Under the pieces are notes generated by a model, which ran no database searches, had not been told where the DNA came from, and saw nothing but the letters and a program-made list of their open reading frames with translations. This document shows, piece after piece, positions 10,874-19,954 of a DNA stretch of 51,066 bases; the first letter of the stretch is position 1, and the number at the start of each line of letters is the position of its first letter. A program made the translations under genes and the position numbers. The DNA comes from Deltaproteobacteria bacterium (lineage in GTDB: Bacteria; Myxococcota_A; Polyangia; Fen-1088): contig JAWXBF010000069.1 of the NCBI GenBank assembly GCA_034439895.1, forward strand, positions 1 to 51,066, written 5' to 3'.

Positions 10874-11769
10874 GCGGTCCTCCCAACAGGGTGCTTGCGC
10901 ATCTGGATTTCCTTCCACCACAACACACCGAGGAGCGTGAACAGTGCCAGGCCCGAGAGGCCAGCACCGATGCGCACGAACCCGGAGACGAAGGGCGTGT
11001 ACTTGCGTGACATGGGGTCATATTTGAAACAAGAAAGCAGCACGCGATCGATCGTGGTTCCAACCCGGCCCCCACCCGCCTCGACAACCGCCATGCGCAG
11101 GGTCTGTGGGTTGAAGTCCACGCCGTAAACGTAGCGGGAGATCTTGCCAGTCGGCGTCAGAATGAAGGCCACCGCTGCGTGAGCAAATTGTTTGGACGCG
11201 GCATCGTAAAAGTAACGAAAGCCAAGCTGGTCCGACATGGCCTTGGCGGCGGAGTTCTCGAGCGTCGAGCCCGCAACCGGCATCACGAAAGGCCAGCCCG
11301 AATCGGCACCCTGGTGTTTGCTCGCACCGAGATTGCGCAACAACATCCGTTGATTGGTGTTGGCACTCTTCAGCTTCTCGTTCGGATCGACGCTGATGGC
11401 GAGCGCATTGAAATCCTGACCGAGCTTCAGGCCCGAGGCCTTGATCGCCTTGACCAAACCCTCGTGCACGAGGTTACAAAGCAAGGGACACTGGAAGTAT
11501 CCCATCGTCACGATGACGGGCTTGCCCTGATCCAGAACCTGACCGACCGAAACTTTGACGCCGTAACCGTCGACGAAGGTGTAGTCGCGCGAAACGATTT
11601 CACCGAGGTTCTCGATGATGTCGATGTTCTGTGCGTTGTTCTCTCCCCCACCAACCGAAGGGATCACCTTGTCGTAGCCACGGTACCCGGCTGCGCGTGC
11701 AGCGTCATCTCCTGCCAGGAAGGTGAAGGCAGCTACGGCAGCAAGGGCAAGTGGGATGCAACGAATCAC
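10870..11769 (-). CDS. SCO1/SenC family copper chaperone
   Basis: Signal peptide, YFQCPLLC (CxxxC), ISVDP, AHAAVAFILTPTGKISRY, C-terminal TM; directly upstream of subunit II. Confidence 0.92.
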   Translation of the reverse strand: MIRCIPLALAAVAAFTFLAGDDAARAAGYRGYDKVIPSVGGGENNAQNIDIIENLGEIVSRDYTFVDGYGVKVSVGQVLDQGKPVIVTMGYFQCPLLCNLVHEGLVKAIKASGLKLGQDFNALAISVDPNEKLKSANTNQRMLLRNLGASKHQGADSGWPFVMPVAGSTLENSAAKAMSDQLGFRYFYDAASKQFAHAAVAFILTPTGKISRYVYGVDFNPQTLRMAVVEAGGGRVGTTIDRVLLSCFKYDPMSRKYTPFVSGFVRIGAGLSGLALFTLLGVLWWKEIQMRKHPVGRTA

Positions 11770-12335
11770 GGGGTCGTCCCCTCCGTCGCGGCGGGAGCGG
11801 AATGTGCAGGTGCCTTCACAGGCTGACCAGGCGCGGCCGCTGGCTGCACGGGAACAACGGGCTGACCCGGCTTGAGGTTGCGAATCTGCATTTCAAGGGT
11901 CCCGGGCGCCGTGGGTGCTGTCGGCCAGTCGAGGGGCTTTACCTCAGGAGAGGCGTGGTTGTTGTCCGAAATGACCTTGGCAACCGCATCGCCAATCGGA
12001 ACACGAACGAGACCCTTGCCGCGATCCGACCAACCGTAGTTGTTCAAGGCGTGGCTGGTGCGTTCTTTGAAATCCCGCAGACGATGATCGGTGTCGAAAT
12101 GGATATTGTCCACGATGCCGATTTCGGCGCGATCGACAACCCGCTCCTGGGCTTTCCCGTACTCTGCCTCGAGTGCGGCGGTGCCCCGCTTCAGCACCAT
12201 GTAAGCAACGATTACGGAAGCAGTGAAGATCACGACGGAGACAATGCCCACGCCGACGATGATCTTCATGTTGATGCCGGCGGATGCTTCCTCCGTCGAG
12301 CGCTGATGAGGCGTATGTTCGCTTTCGTGGCTCAT
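11766..12335 (-). CDS. Single-TM membrane protein, probable ACIII subunit ActG-like
   Basis: One N-terminal TM, YGWSDRGKGLVRVPIGDA, Pro/Ala tail; lies between actF and SCO with 4-bp overlaps. Confidence 0.6.
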   Translation of the reverse strand: MSHESEHTPHQRSTEEASAGINMKIIVGVGIVSVVIFTASVIVAYMVLKRGTAALEAEYGKAQERVVDRAEIGIVDNIHFDTDHRLRDFKERTSHALNNYGWSDRGKGLVRVPIGDAVAKVISDNNHASPEVKPLDWPTAPTAPGTLEMQIRNLKPGQPVVPVQPAAAPGQPVKAPAHSAPAATEGTTP

Positions 12336-13549
12336 GGCTGTCGGTACCGCAGTGAGGTGGACAGATAAGGATCTTTAACGGGAACCATGTTCTGGCCGCG
12401 CAAACGCCACACAACGAAGGCGGTGGCGATACCACCAATGCCAAGCCAGGCGGGGATGAGTGTCCAGTGAAAGGTAGCGTGTTCCTCGTTGACGGTCGGG
12501 AAGACCAACCAGTAGATGTCGACGAAGTGCATGATCAGGACCCAGACGGCCCAAAAACGCATCTTGCGCGGGTCGCGCTTGCGAGCTCGCGATAACAAGG
12601 CAAAGAACGGAATCAGGAAGCGGGCGAAGATAAGCAAGAGCCCGACCCAGGCCCAGCCTGAACGCATTCGGATGATGTAGAACGGGGTCTCTTCCGGCAG
12701 GCCCGCGATCCAGATCAAGATGAACTGCGAGGCGGCGATGTAGCCCCAGAACGCAGTAAACGCGAAGAAGAGCTTTGAAATGTTGTGGAGCTGCTCGACC
12801 GTCACGTACGGACCAAAGGTGTTCTTTGTCCCTTTGATCTGCAGCGTCGCGACCACGAGGATCCAGATGGCCAACACGCCACCCATGCTGCCGCCGAAGT
12901 AGTAAACGCCAAAGATGGTCGAGAACCAGAGTGGGTCGAGCGTCATGAGCCAGTCGAGACCCGCAAAAGTCAAGACCAGCGCCATGAGCGGCAGAGCGGC
13001 AGTCCCCAGCTTGCGCAGCTTGAGGGTCATCTCTTCTTTGCCGTTGGAATCCTGCTTGGTTGACCAGAAGAACAACAACTGCGAGATGATGATCGCAATC
13101 GCGAAGTATCCCACCGTGCGGCCGATGAAGAAGCCGGTGTTGAGGTAGCCGTGCTTGTGATGAATGAGGTGAGCCGCGTGTCCGGTGAAGTTCTCGGGAT
13201 GGGTCCAAGAATAAACGTGTGACAGCGAGAGCCCGAGCGGAATAAACAAGAGCGCCATGATGAAGACGCCGGTTGCCATGGCCTCTAGTGGACGCCGCAC
13301 GAGCGTCGGCCACTTTGCACGAAAGGTGTGCAGGATCATCAAGAACGCAAGCGAGGTGATGGCGATGCCCGCCCAATACGAGAAGGCGACCAGGTAAGAG
13401 TAATAAGCACTCTTGTCACCGGTGAACATGCCACCCATCGCTGCCAAGAGGCCGACCACGCCGATGCCACCGGCCTTGGTCATCAGACCCTTGCCGCCCG
13501 AGAATCGTTCGATGTTGACGGTAACGACTTTTTCGTCGTGGGAACTCAC
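12332..13549 (-). CDS. actF: Alternative complex III subunit ActF (NrfD-like membrane protein)
   Basis: About 10 TMs, DWLMTLDPLWFSTIFG, WGYIAASQFILIWIAGLPEE; operon position. Confidence 0.9.
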   Translation of the reverse strand: MSSHDEKVVTVNIERFSGGKGLMTKAGGIGVVGLLAAMGGMFTGDKSAYYSYLVAFSYWAGIAITSLAFLMILHTFRAKWPTLVRRPLEAMATGVFIMALLFIPLGLSLSHVYSWTHPENFTGHAAHLIHHKHGYLNTGFFIGRTVGYFAIAIIISQLLFFWSTKQDSNGKEEMTLKLRKLGTAALPLMALVLTFAGLDWLMTLDPLWFSTIFGVYYFGGSMGGVLAIWILVVATLQIKGTKNTFGPYVTVEQLHNISKLFFAFTAFWGYIAASQFILIWIAGLPEETPFYIIRMRSGWAWVGLLLIFARFLIPFFALLSRARKRDPRKMRFWAVWVLIMHFVDIYWLVFPTVNEEHATFHWTLIPAWLGIGGIATAFVVWRLRGQNMVPVKDPYLSTSLRYRQP

Positions 13550-14154
13550 TGTGCGGCCTCCTGTTGCAGCCGGGTCGCCTCGGAAGGCGGAAGATCGGCC
13601 AACGTACGTGATCCCGCAAACTGCAAAGCGCGGATATAAGCCACCACAGCCCAGCGCTCGCGCACCGGCAGTTCGGCCTCGTAGGCCGCCATCAGGCCGT
13701 GGCCCCGGGTTGCCACATCAAAGATGTAACCCACCGGACGATCCCGAAAATCAATCAAGGACGGCGGCGGCTTGAGAGCCATCTGCGTCGCGACGATGCT
13801 GTCGCCATCGCCGAGCGGACCGTGGCAGGTTCCGCAGATGATATTGTAATGCTTGCGACCCAGCTTCATCAGCTTCTCGTCAACAGGAATCGGAACTGAG
13901 GTGACAAAGTGATCGTTGCCATCCGCGGCGCGTACCTTGCCAGCGGTGATGGCGGGCTTGAGGGTCAATCGTTCGCGTGGCACGGTTCCAGTCGGCGGCC
14001 GACGCATCGACATACCGTCAACGTAAAAGCTGCTCTTCTTGTAGGGATCGACGCGCGGCTGTCGCGCAGCCATCGGGTTGATGATGTCCTCATCGATACA
14101 GGCAGAAACTGAACCCAACCCCAACAGGGCGGCAAGCAGAAATCGAGCGTTCAT
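13546..14154 (-). CDS. actE: ACIII subunit ActE, monoheme cytochrome c lipoprotein
   Basis: Lipobox VSAC, CGTCHG, MRRPPTGTVPR, ERWAVVAYIRALQ. Confidence 0.9.
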   Translation of the reverse strand: MNARFLLAALLGLGSVSACIDEDIINPMAARQPRVDPYKKSSFYVDGMSMRRPPTGTVPRERLTLKPAITAGKVRAADGNDHFVTSVPIPVDEKLMKLGRKHYNIICGTCHGPLGDGDSIVATQMALKPPPSLIDFRDRPVGYIFDVATRGHGLMAAYEAELPVRERWAVVAYIRALQFAGSRTLADLPPSEATRLQQEAAQ

Positions 14155-14702
14155 CGTTCGACCTCCTCGATAACTTCGACCGCGGTGGCGCCGGTACTCT
14201 TCACCAACTCGGCCACCTGGGCCGAGTCGTCGGTCTTTGACAGTTCGACCGACAGGAAGAATCCGTCGACGGAGTTATCGACGAACTGATCCCATTGAAA
14301 GACAGGATGGTAGGGCTCGGGAAACCGCATCAGTGCGAGAACCCCAAAGAATGACGAACAGCCGCCTAGCAACACCGCGAGTTCGAAGGTAATGGGCAAC
14401 CAGGCTGGCAACGCAAGGGCCGTACGGCCACCGACGTTGATCTCCCAGTCGTAAACGTTCATGTAATACATCATCGAGACTGCGGCGAAAATCCCTGCGA
14501 TGGCGCCACCGAGAACGATGTAAGGAATTTTGGGGCGACCAATGCCAAGCGCCTCTTCCAGTCCGTGCAATGGATAGGGCGTATGCGTGTCGACCTTCTT
14601 GTGACCCTTCTCGCGAACTTCCGTCGTACCCTTCAGCAGGGTGTCGGGATCGGCGTACTGGGCCATGACGAAACGGCGCGGCTCGAAGTGATGCTCGCTC
14701 AC
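14151..14702 (-). CDS. actD: ACIII subunit ActD (DUF3341-type)
   Basis: DTHTPYPLHGLEEALG, two TMs, NVGGR...PITFELAVL. Confidence 0.9.
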   Translation of the reverse strand: MSEHHFEPRRFVMAQYADPDTLLKGTTEVREKGHKKVDTHTPYPLHGLEEALGIGRPKIPYIVLGGAIAGIFAAVSMMYYMNVYDWEINVGGRTALALPAWLPITFELAVLLGGCSSFFGVLALMRFPEPYHPVFQWDQFVDNSVDGFFLSVELSKTDDSAQVAELVKSTGATAVEVIEEVER

Positions 14703-16144
14703 TTGTCACCTCCGGAGGAAACCGCGTCCCGGTAGGCGCCTTCGGCGTGCCGTTCATGGTCAAGCTCGTGGCGCAATTCCTTAACTTCCATGGTGGAAAC
14801 CGCGGGCAAGAATTTCAGGAACAGAAGGAACAGGGTTGAGAAGAGCCCAATCGATCCAATGAACACACCAAAGTCGACGGCGGTCGGGACGTAGTCACCC
14901 CACGAGCCGGGCAGGAAATCTTCCGAAAGCGAAGTCACAACGATGACGAAGCGCTCACACCACATGCCGACGTTGATGAGGATCGAAATGATCCAGGTGA
15001 TGAGCATGTTGGTGCGGATCTTCTTCAACCAGAAGAGCTGCGGCACCACGATGTTGCAGACAACCATGCCCCAGAAGATCACCTTGAAGGGACCGTGCCA
15101 GCGGGTGTTGAAGAAGATCGATTGCTCGTACACGCTGCCGGAGTACCAGGCGATGAAGTGCTCCATCAGGTAGCCGTAGCCAACCATCATGCCGGTGGCG
15201 AGCATGACCTTGTTCATCGATTCGATGTGGCGGTCGGTGACAACGTGCGACAGGCCCAGGATTTTTCGTGCCGGCAGAAGCCAGGTCACGACCATGGCGA
15301 AACCGGAGAAGATGGCACCTGCAACGAAGTAGGGCGGAAAGATGGTCGTGTGCCAGCCCGGAATCACCGATACTGCAAAGTCGAACGACACGATCGAGTG
15401 AACCGAGAGCACAAGCGGCGTCGACAGACCTGCGAGCAACAAATATGCCCACTTGTACTCGGCCCAGTGCCGACCCGAACCGCGCCAGCCCATCGCGAAC
15501 AGACCGTAGATGAAGCGCTTGGTCTTGCTCTTGGCCGTGTCACGCAATGCGGCCAGGTCAGGGATGAGTCCCAGAAACCAGAACAACAACGAAATCGTGA
15601 AGTAGGTCGAGATGGCGAAAACGTCCCACAGCAGAGGGCTCTTGAAGTTCGGCCAGATGCCCTGAACGCTGGGGTAAGGCAAGAGCCAGTAGGCTGCAAA
15701 CCAGGGACGGCCGGTGTGGAAAAGCGGAAACTGCAAGGCGCAGATAACCGCGAAGAGGGTCATCGCTTCGGCGAAGCGGTTGATCGAGGTACGCCACTTT
15801 TGCTGGAACAGCAGCAAGATGGCGGAGATCAACGTTCCGGCGTGACCGATACCAACCCACCAAACAAAGTTGATGATGTCGAACGCCCAACCGACCGGCT
15901 GGTTGTTACCCCAGGCACCAATGCCCTTGTAGAGTGTGTAGCCGATCGAGATGCCGAAAACGCCGAGTAGCGAAACCGCCACACCGAAGCACATCCACCA
16001 GCCCTTGCCCGCTCCGCGCAGGACGTGATCCAAAAGCGAATCGTTGAGCGATCGATCCGTAACGTTGCCCTCGATGAAGGGGCGAGGATCCAAAGGATCC
16101 GTGATGATCTTATCTACATCCGCCGCGGAAGACACTTTAGCCAA
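14699..16144 (-). CDS. actC: ACIII subunit ActC, NrfD/PsrC family quinol-binding subunit
   Basis: NFVWWVGIGHAGTLISA, WRTSINRFAEAMT, HTGRPW, SPLLWDVFAISTY, SVHSIVSFDFA, GWHTTIFPPYFVAGA. Confidence 0.96.
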   Translation of the reverse strand: MAKVSSAADVDKIITDPLDPRPFIEGNVTDRSLNDSLLDHVLRGAGKGWWMCFGVAVSLLGVFGISIGYTLYKGIGAWGNNQPVGWAFDIINFVWWVGIGHAGTLISAILLLFQQKWRTSINRFAEAMTLFAVICALQFPLFHTGRPWFAAYWLLPYPSVQGIWPNFKSPLLWDVFAISTYFTISLLFWFLGLIPDLAALRDTAKSKTKRFIYGLFAMGWRGSGRHWAEYKWAYLLLAGLSTPLVLSVHSIVSFDFAVSVIPGWHTTIFPPYFVAGAIFSGFAMVVTWLLPARKILGLSHVVTDRHIESMNKVMLATGMMVGYGYLMEHFIAWYSGSVYEQSIFFNTRWHGPFKVIFWGMVVCNIVVPQLFWLKKIRTNMLITWIISILINVGMWCERFVIVVTSLSEDFLPGSWGDYVPTAVDFGVFIGSIGLFSTLFLLFLKFLPAVSTMEVKELRHELDHERHAEGAYRDAVSSGGDK

Positions 16145-19100
16145 GCTCCGGGTTGGGGTTGCGAACGCGTGCGAGGAACACCGTCCGGGGGCGCGTGGCG
16201 ATCTCGTGCAAGAGGTCGTATCGGCGTGGGCTGGCTTGTGCCTTGCTCACGGAAGAATCCTTGTCGTTGAGCGAGCCGAATTCGATGGCACCCGAGGGGC
16301 AGGTCTGCTGACAGGCGGTGACAATCTCTCCGTCGGCGATGGCCCGACCCTCGACGCGGGAGTCAATGCGCGCGCGCTCGATGCGCTGAACGCAGTAGGT
16401 ACACTTTTCCATGATGCCTCGGCTGCGAACCGTGACATCGGGGTTGAAGGCCATGCCGCGGACTTCGGAGGGGTCGCCGGTGAAGTCGAGGAAGTTGAAG
16501 CGGCGCGCCTTGTAGGGGCAGTTGTTGCTGCAGTAACGGGTGCCGACGCAACGGTTATAAACCATCTCGTTCAGGCCTTCGTCGCTGTGGACGGTGGCGT
16601 TCACGGGGCAAACGTACTCGCAGGGCGCCGTCTCACAGTGCTGACAGGCGATGGGCTGGTGAACCACGCGCGAATCGTCGTACTGTTTGTTCTTATCTTC
16701 GCCGTAGTTCGGTGCGTCGGCGTAGTAGCGATCGATGCGAATCCAGTGCATCTCGCGGCCGATCTTGACCTGCTCACGGCCGACCGTTGCGATGTTGTTC
16801 TCAGATTGGCAGGCGATCACACAGGCGCCACAACCCGTGCACTTGTTGAGATCGATCGACATCGCCCACTTGTAAGCTTGCTTGCTGTAGTCGATCGGTG
16901 GGTGAATTTCCCACTGCTGGTCGCCACGCTCGCGGGCGAGGGTTTCCCGGAAATGGGAATGCGAGTCCATCGCCTCGGCAAGCGTTCCGACCTTGACCGG
17001 TTCGCGATCTTCATCGGACGCAGCGGTCTGCGAGATACCGAACGAATAGCCGTTCCCGATCTTCTCAACCGTAACACCGCGAACGAACCAGGGGGCAGCT
17101 GAAGAGCGCAGCGATCCGATGTTAAAGCCAACGCCGGCTGCGACCGATTCGGCACCCTGGCGTCCGTAACCGAGGAATATGCTGACCGATTCATCGGCAA
17201 GACCAGGTTGAACGAAGACCGGGCCGCGAACTTCTTTGCCACCGAGCGTAACATTCGCCCAATCGCCGGTCTTGAGGCCACCCATTCGGGCAGCCGTCGC
17301 TTGACCCACCACCACAGCGTTGTCCCAGGTGAACTTCGTGTGGGGATGAGGAAGCTCGTGCATCCAGGCGTTGTTGCCAAAGCGGCCATCGAGAATGCGC
17401 GGGTCGACCGTAAAGGCAAGTTCGACACCGGTCGCGTCGCCGACGCCACGGGCACCCAACAGTTGCGCAATCGCAACACTGGCAACCACGGCATCCACCG
17501 CAACGTCGGTCACCGCGGGGGCAGCCGAACCATCAAGCACGCCCCGCGCGAGCCAGTGCTCCCACTGCAAATCGAAGCTGGAACCCGCAGGAACCGCGCC
17601 TTCCGCCGATGCACGTTTCTGCCAAAACTCTTTCAGGAGCGCGTAGGCACCCCGATCGCCGCGTTCAAGAAAGAGCGCGAGGATGTCCGCACTCGTCACC
17701 CGCGAGAAGAGCGGATCGATGAGCGGCTGAATCAGTGTGACGGTTCCGTCCACGCCTCTGGCATCGCCCCACGACTCAAGTGGGTGGGCGACCGGAATGT
17801 AGTTGGCAACAAACTTGGCAGTCTCGTCCGCGTAGAGACCTGCGTAGACAACGTTGCGAACCTTGGCAAGCTTGGCCGCAAAGTCCGCATCAGCGGGGGC
17901 GCTGTAGACCGGGTTGTTGCCCAGGATCACCAGTGTCTCGACCTTGCCAGCGTCCATCTCGGCGGCGAGAGCCACGATGCCTTCGGGACCCGCGTTGGGA
18001 TCGAGGCGGATGGGATCAAGGAGCTTGACCTGTGCGCCGACGTTACCAAGCGCGAAGTTGATGGCGTTGACAATCGCGTGAACAGCGGCCGGTTGACGGC
18101 GACCGGGAATCACCACCGACTTGCCGCGGTTGGCGGCGAGGTCGCGCGCGGCAACTTTGATCCACCTGTCATCCAGAGCAGCGTTGGGCTCGGCCATCGC
18201 CAGATCGGCAACCGCGCCGAGCACGTCGCGACCCAGAATACCCGCCAACTCGACGGCCAGACGCTGTGCGACGGCGACAATTTCCGAGCCACGCACACGC
18301 AGGCGATGATCCGCCACGCCACCGGTCACCGTGTAGAACGGTTCCGCGACGTAAAGACGGCTCATGTTGGAGCCGGGCTCGCGCGCATCGGCGAACTCGC
18401 GGTTCAAGCGAACCGACTCGACGCCGTCGTCGAGGAAATCGGCGTCAAGCGAAACAATTACCTTGGCCTGACGCAGGTCGTGGTGGACTTCGAGCGGTCG
18501 ACCAAACGAGGCCTGCGCGCCCGCAACCGAACCGTCTGCGATCGACGAGTAAGTGACAAAGCGCGTGTTGGGGTACTTCTGTTGGATGCGGGCACGAAGC
18601 TCGCCGATGAAGGGCGAGGTCTCAGGCTCGACGAGGAAGCGCAAGCCAGCACCGCCCTGGGGGGCCAATGCGTCTGCGCGGGCGGCGATAAATCCAGCGG
18701 CCGTTTTCCAGATTGCAGGGGCGCCGTCGATGCGCAACTGACCATTTCGGTCGGTGTCGTAGAGGCCCAACAGGTAAGCTTGGTCTCGTGCGGAGGCCCT
18801 ACCCTTGCTGTCTGGGTGATCCGGATTGCCTTCAATCTTTGTGGGACGACCCGAGTGGCTTTCGACGAGGACGCCGAATCCGTAACCTTCGTGAGAAATC
18901 GCGGTAGCGAAGTTCAAGGCGTTGCCCGGGGTGACCTCGGGTGGGCGGCGAACGAAGGGCACGATCGCCTGGCGAGGCTTGGTGCACGCCGTGACAGCGC
19001 CTGTCATCGCAATGCCAGTGCCGACCAACTGGACGAAGCCGCGACGGGAAACCGCCTTGGGATCCGCTTGCCCAAGAATGGTGAGGCGGGTGGGCTGACG

Positions 19101-19151
19101 ACCCTGGCCGCTCTCGGTTTCGGTCGATGATGATTCGCGCGATTGGCTCAT
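16137..19151 (-). CDS. actB: ACIII subunit ActB (molybdopterin oxidoreductase-like domain fused to Fe-S domain)
   Basis: Tat motif SRRGFV followed by VTAC; GRPTKIEGNPDHP; CTGCGACVIACQSEN, CQHCETAPCEYVCP, CVGTRYCSNNCPY, KCTYC...ACQQTCP. Start placed at ATG 19151, just after the actA stop. Confidence 0.95.
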   Translation of the reverse strand: MSQSRESSSTETESGQGRQPTRLTILGQADPKAVSRRGFVQLVGTGIAMTGAVTACTKPRQAIVPFVRRPPEVTPGNALNFATAISHEGYGFGVLVESHSGRPTKIEGNPDHPDSKGRASARDQAYLLGLYDTDRNGQLRIDGAPAIWKTAAGFIAARADALAPQGGAGLRFLVEPETSPFIGELRARIQQKYPNTRFVTYSSIADGSVAGAQASFGRPLEVHHDLRQAKVIVSLDADFLDDGVESVRLNREFADAREPGSNMSRLYVAEPFYTVTGGVADHRLRVRGSEIVAVAQRLAVELAGILGRDVLGAVADLAMAEPNAALDDRWIKVAARDLAANRGKSVVIPGRRQPAAVHAIVNAINFALGNVGAQVKLLDPIRLDPNAGPEGIVALAAEMDAGKVETLVILGNNPVYSAPADADFAAKLAKVRNVVYAGLYADETAKFVANYIPVAHPLESWGDARGVDGTVTLIQPLIDPLFSRVTSADILALFLERGDRGAYALLKEFWQKRASAEGAVPAGSSFDLQWEHWLARGVLDGSAAPAVTDVAVDAVVASVAIAQLLGARGVGDATGVELAFTVDPRILDGRFGNNAWMHELPHPHTKFTWDNAVVVGQATAARMGGLKTGDWANVTLGGKEVRGPVFVQPGLADESVSIFLGYGRQGAESVAAGVGFNIGSLRSSAAPWFVRGVTVEKIGNGYSFGISQTAASDEDREPVKVGTLAEAMDSHSHFRETLARERGDQQWEIHPPIDYSKQAYKWAMSIDLNKCTGCGACVIACQSENNIATVGREQVKIGREMHWIRIDRYYADAPNYGEDKNKQYDDSRVVHQPIACQHCETAPCEYVCPVNATVHSDEGLNEMVYNRCVGTRYCSNNCPYKARRFNFLDFTGDPSEVRGMAFNPDVTVRSRGIMEKCTYCVQRIERARIDSRVEGRAIADGEIVTACQQTCPSGAIEFGSLNDKDSSVSKAQASPRRYDLLHEIATRPRTVFLARVRNPNPELG

Positions 19152-19155
19152 TCGA

Positions 19156-19866
19156 CTACCGATGGCAGGTGGTGCAGGAGGTGCGGGTGTGTACATCGTT
19201 GTCCTTCACCATTTTTTTGGCAAAAGCTTGGGGATCCAGCGCGGCATGGTGAGACTCGCCGAGGGACTCGCCGTGGGACTCGCCGTGGGCACTCGCTACC
19301 GGCGCCTTCCATTCCATGTTTGTCACTTCTTCTACAGGACGCAGGCTTGGCCCCGGGTTGCGATGGCATTCCAGACAGAAAGCCATGGTAAGCGTCTTGG
19401 CTTTGTCGACCGCCGCCATGGTGTCCACGCGGCCGTGGCAAGACACGCAGCCGACGCCCTTGTTGACATGGATGGCATGATTGAAGAAAACGAAGTCAGG
19501 AACGTCGTTTACCTTTGTCCAAACGATCGGCTTGTCCTCGATGAAGCTCTGACGAACCTTCTCGAGCATCGGACTGCCGTTCCAGATTTGCGAGTGGCAG
19601 TTCATACAGAGTTGCGTTGACGGAATCCCTGCAAAGGGCGACGTCTCAACGGTCTGGTGGCAAAACCGACAATCGATGCCTTCGTCACGCGTGTGGTGAC
19701 GATGGTCGAACTGGATGGGCTGTTCCACCGGATCCTGCATGCCACGGGCGAGCGGCGTTCGGACGTAAATCAGGATTGCTGATACGGCTCCGAGCGCGCC
19801 GAGGCCACCGACAACGAGTGACAAGCGGGCTAGATAATTGTGCTTCGGCCTAAAAATGAGGGGCAT
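19156..19866 (-). CDS. actA: ACIII subunit ActA, pentaheme cytochrome c
   Basis: N-terminal TM, QPIQFDHRHH, five CxxCH (CRFCH, CMNCH, CVSCH, CLECH, CTTCH). Confidence 0.95.
   Translation of the reverse strand: MPLIFRPKHNYLARLSLVVGGLGALGAVSAILIYVRTPLARGMQDPVEQPIQFDHRHHTRDEGIDCRFCHQTVETSPFAGIPSTQLCMNCHSQIWNGSPMLEKVRQSFIEDKPIVWTKVNDVPDFVFFNHAIHVNKGVGCVSCHGRVDTMAAVDKAKTLTMAFCLECHRNPGPSLRPVEEVTNMEWKAPVASAHGESHGESLGESHHAALDPQAFAKKMVKDNDVHTRTSCTTCHR
19251..19288. repeat. 12-bp tandem repeat x3 within actA (HGES HGES LGES)
   Basis: GAGACTCGCCGA GGGACTCGCCGT GGGACTCGCCGT. Confidence 0.85.
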
Positions 19867-19954
19867 CGACGCTGGGGCCGATATAGTCCGCGCGCGGCAA
19901 GCGCGTCAAGCCTTATCTGTGTTTATCCAATGGAAACGTTCCTACGACTCTGAG

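Noticed and set aside
17208-19130. 640-aa plus-strand ORF (and similar antisense ORFs over ctaD, actC, ptsI, pyrG)
   Set aside because: Antisense shadows typical of high-GC coding DNA; no recognisable features.
16137-19151. ActB as a catalytic molybdoenzyme (polysulfide/nitrate reductase)
   Set aside because: Context actA-F and the fused Fe-S domain match ACIII, whose B subunit is established to lack molybdopterin.
19867-19954. sigma70 promoter for actA (TTGACG ... CTATAT)
   Set aside because: Good -35 but ambiguous -10 and spacing; not enough to call.
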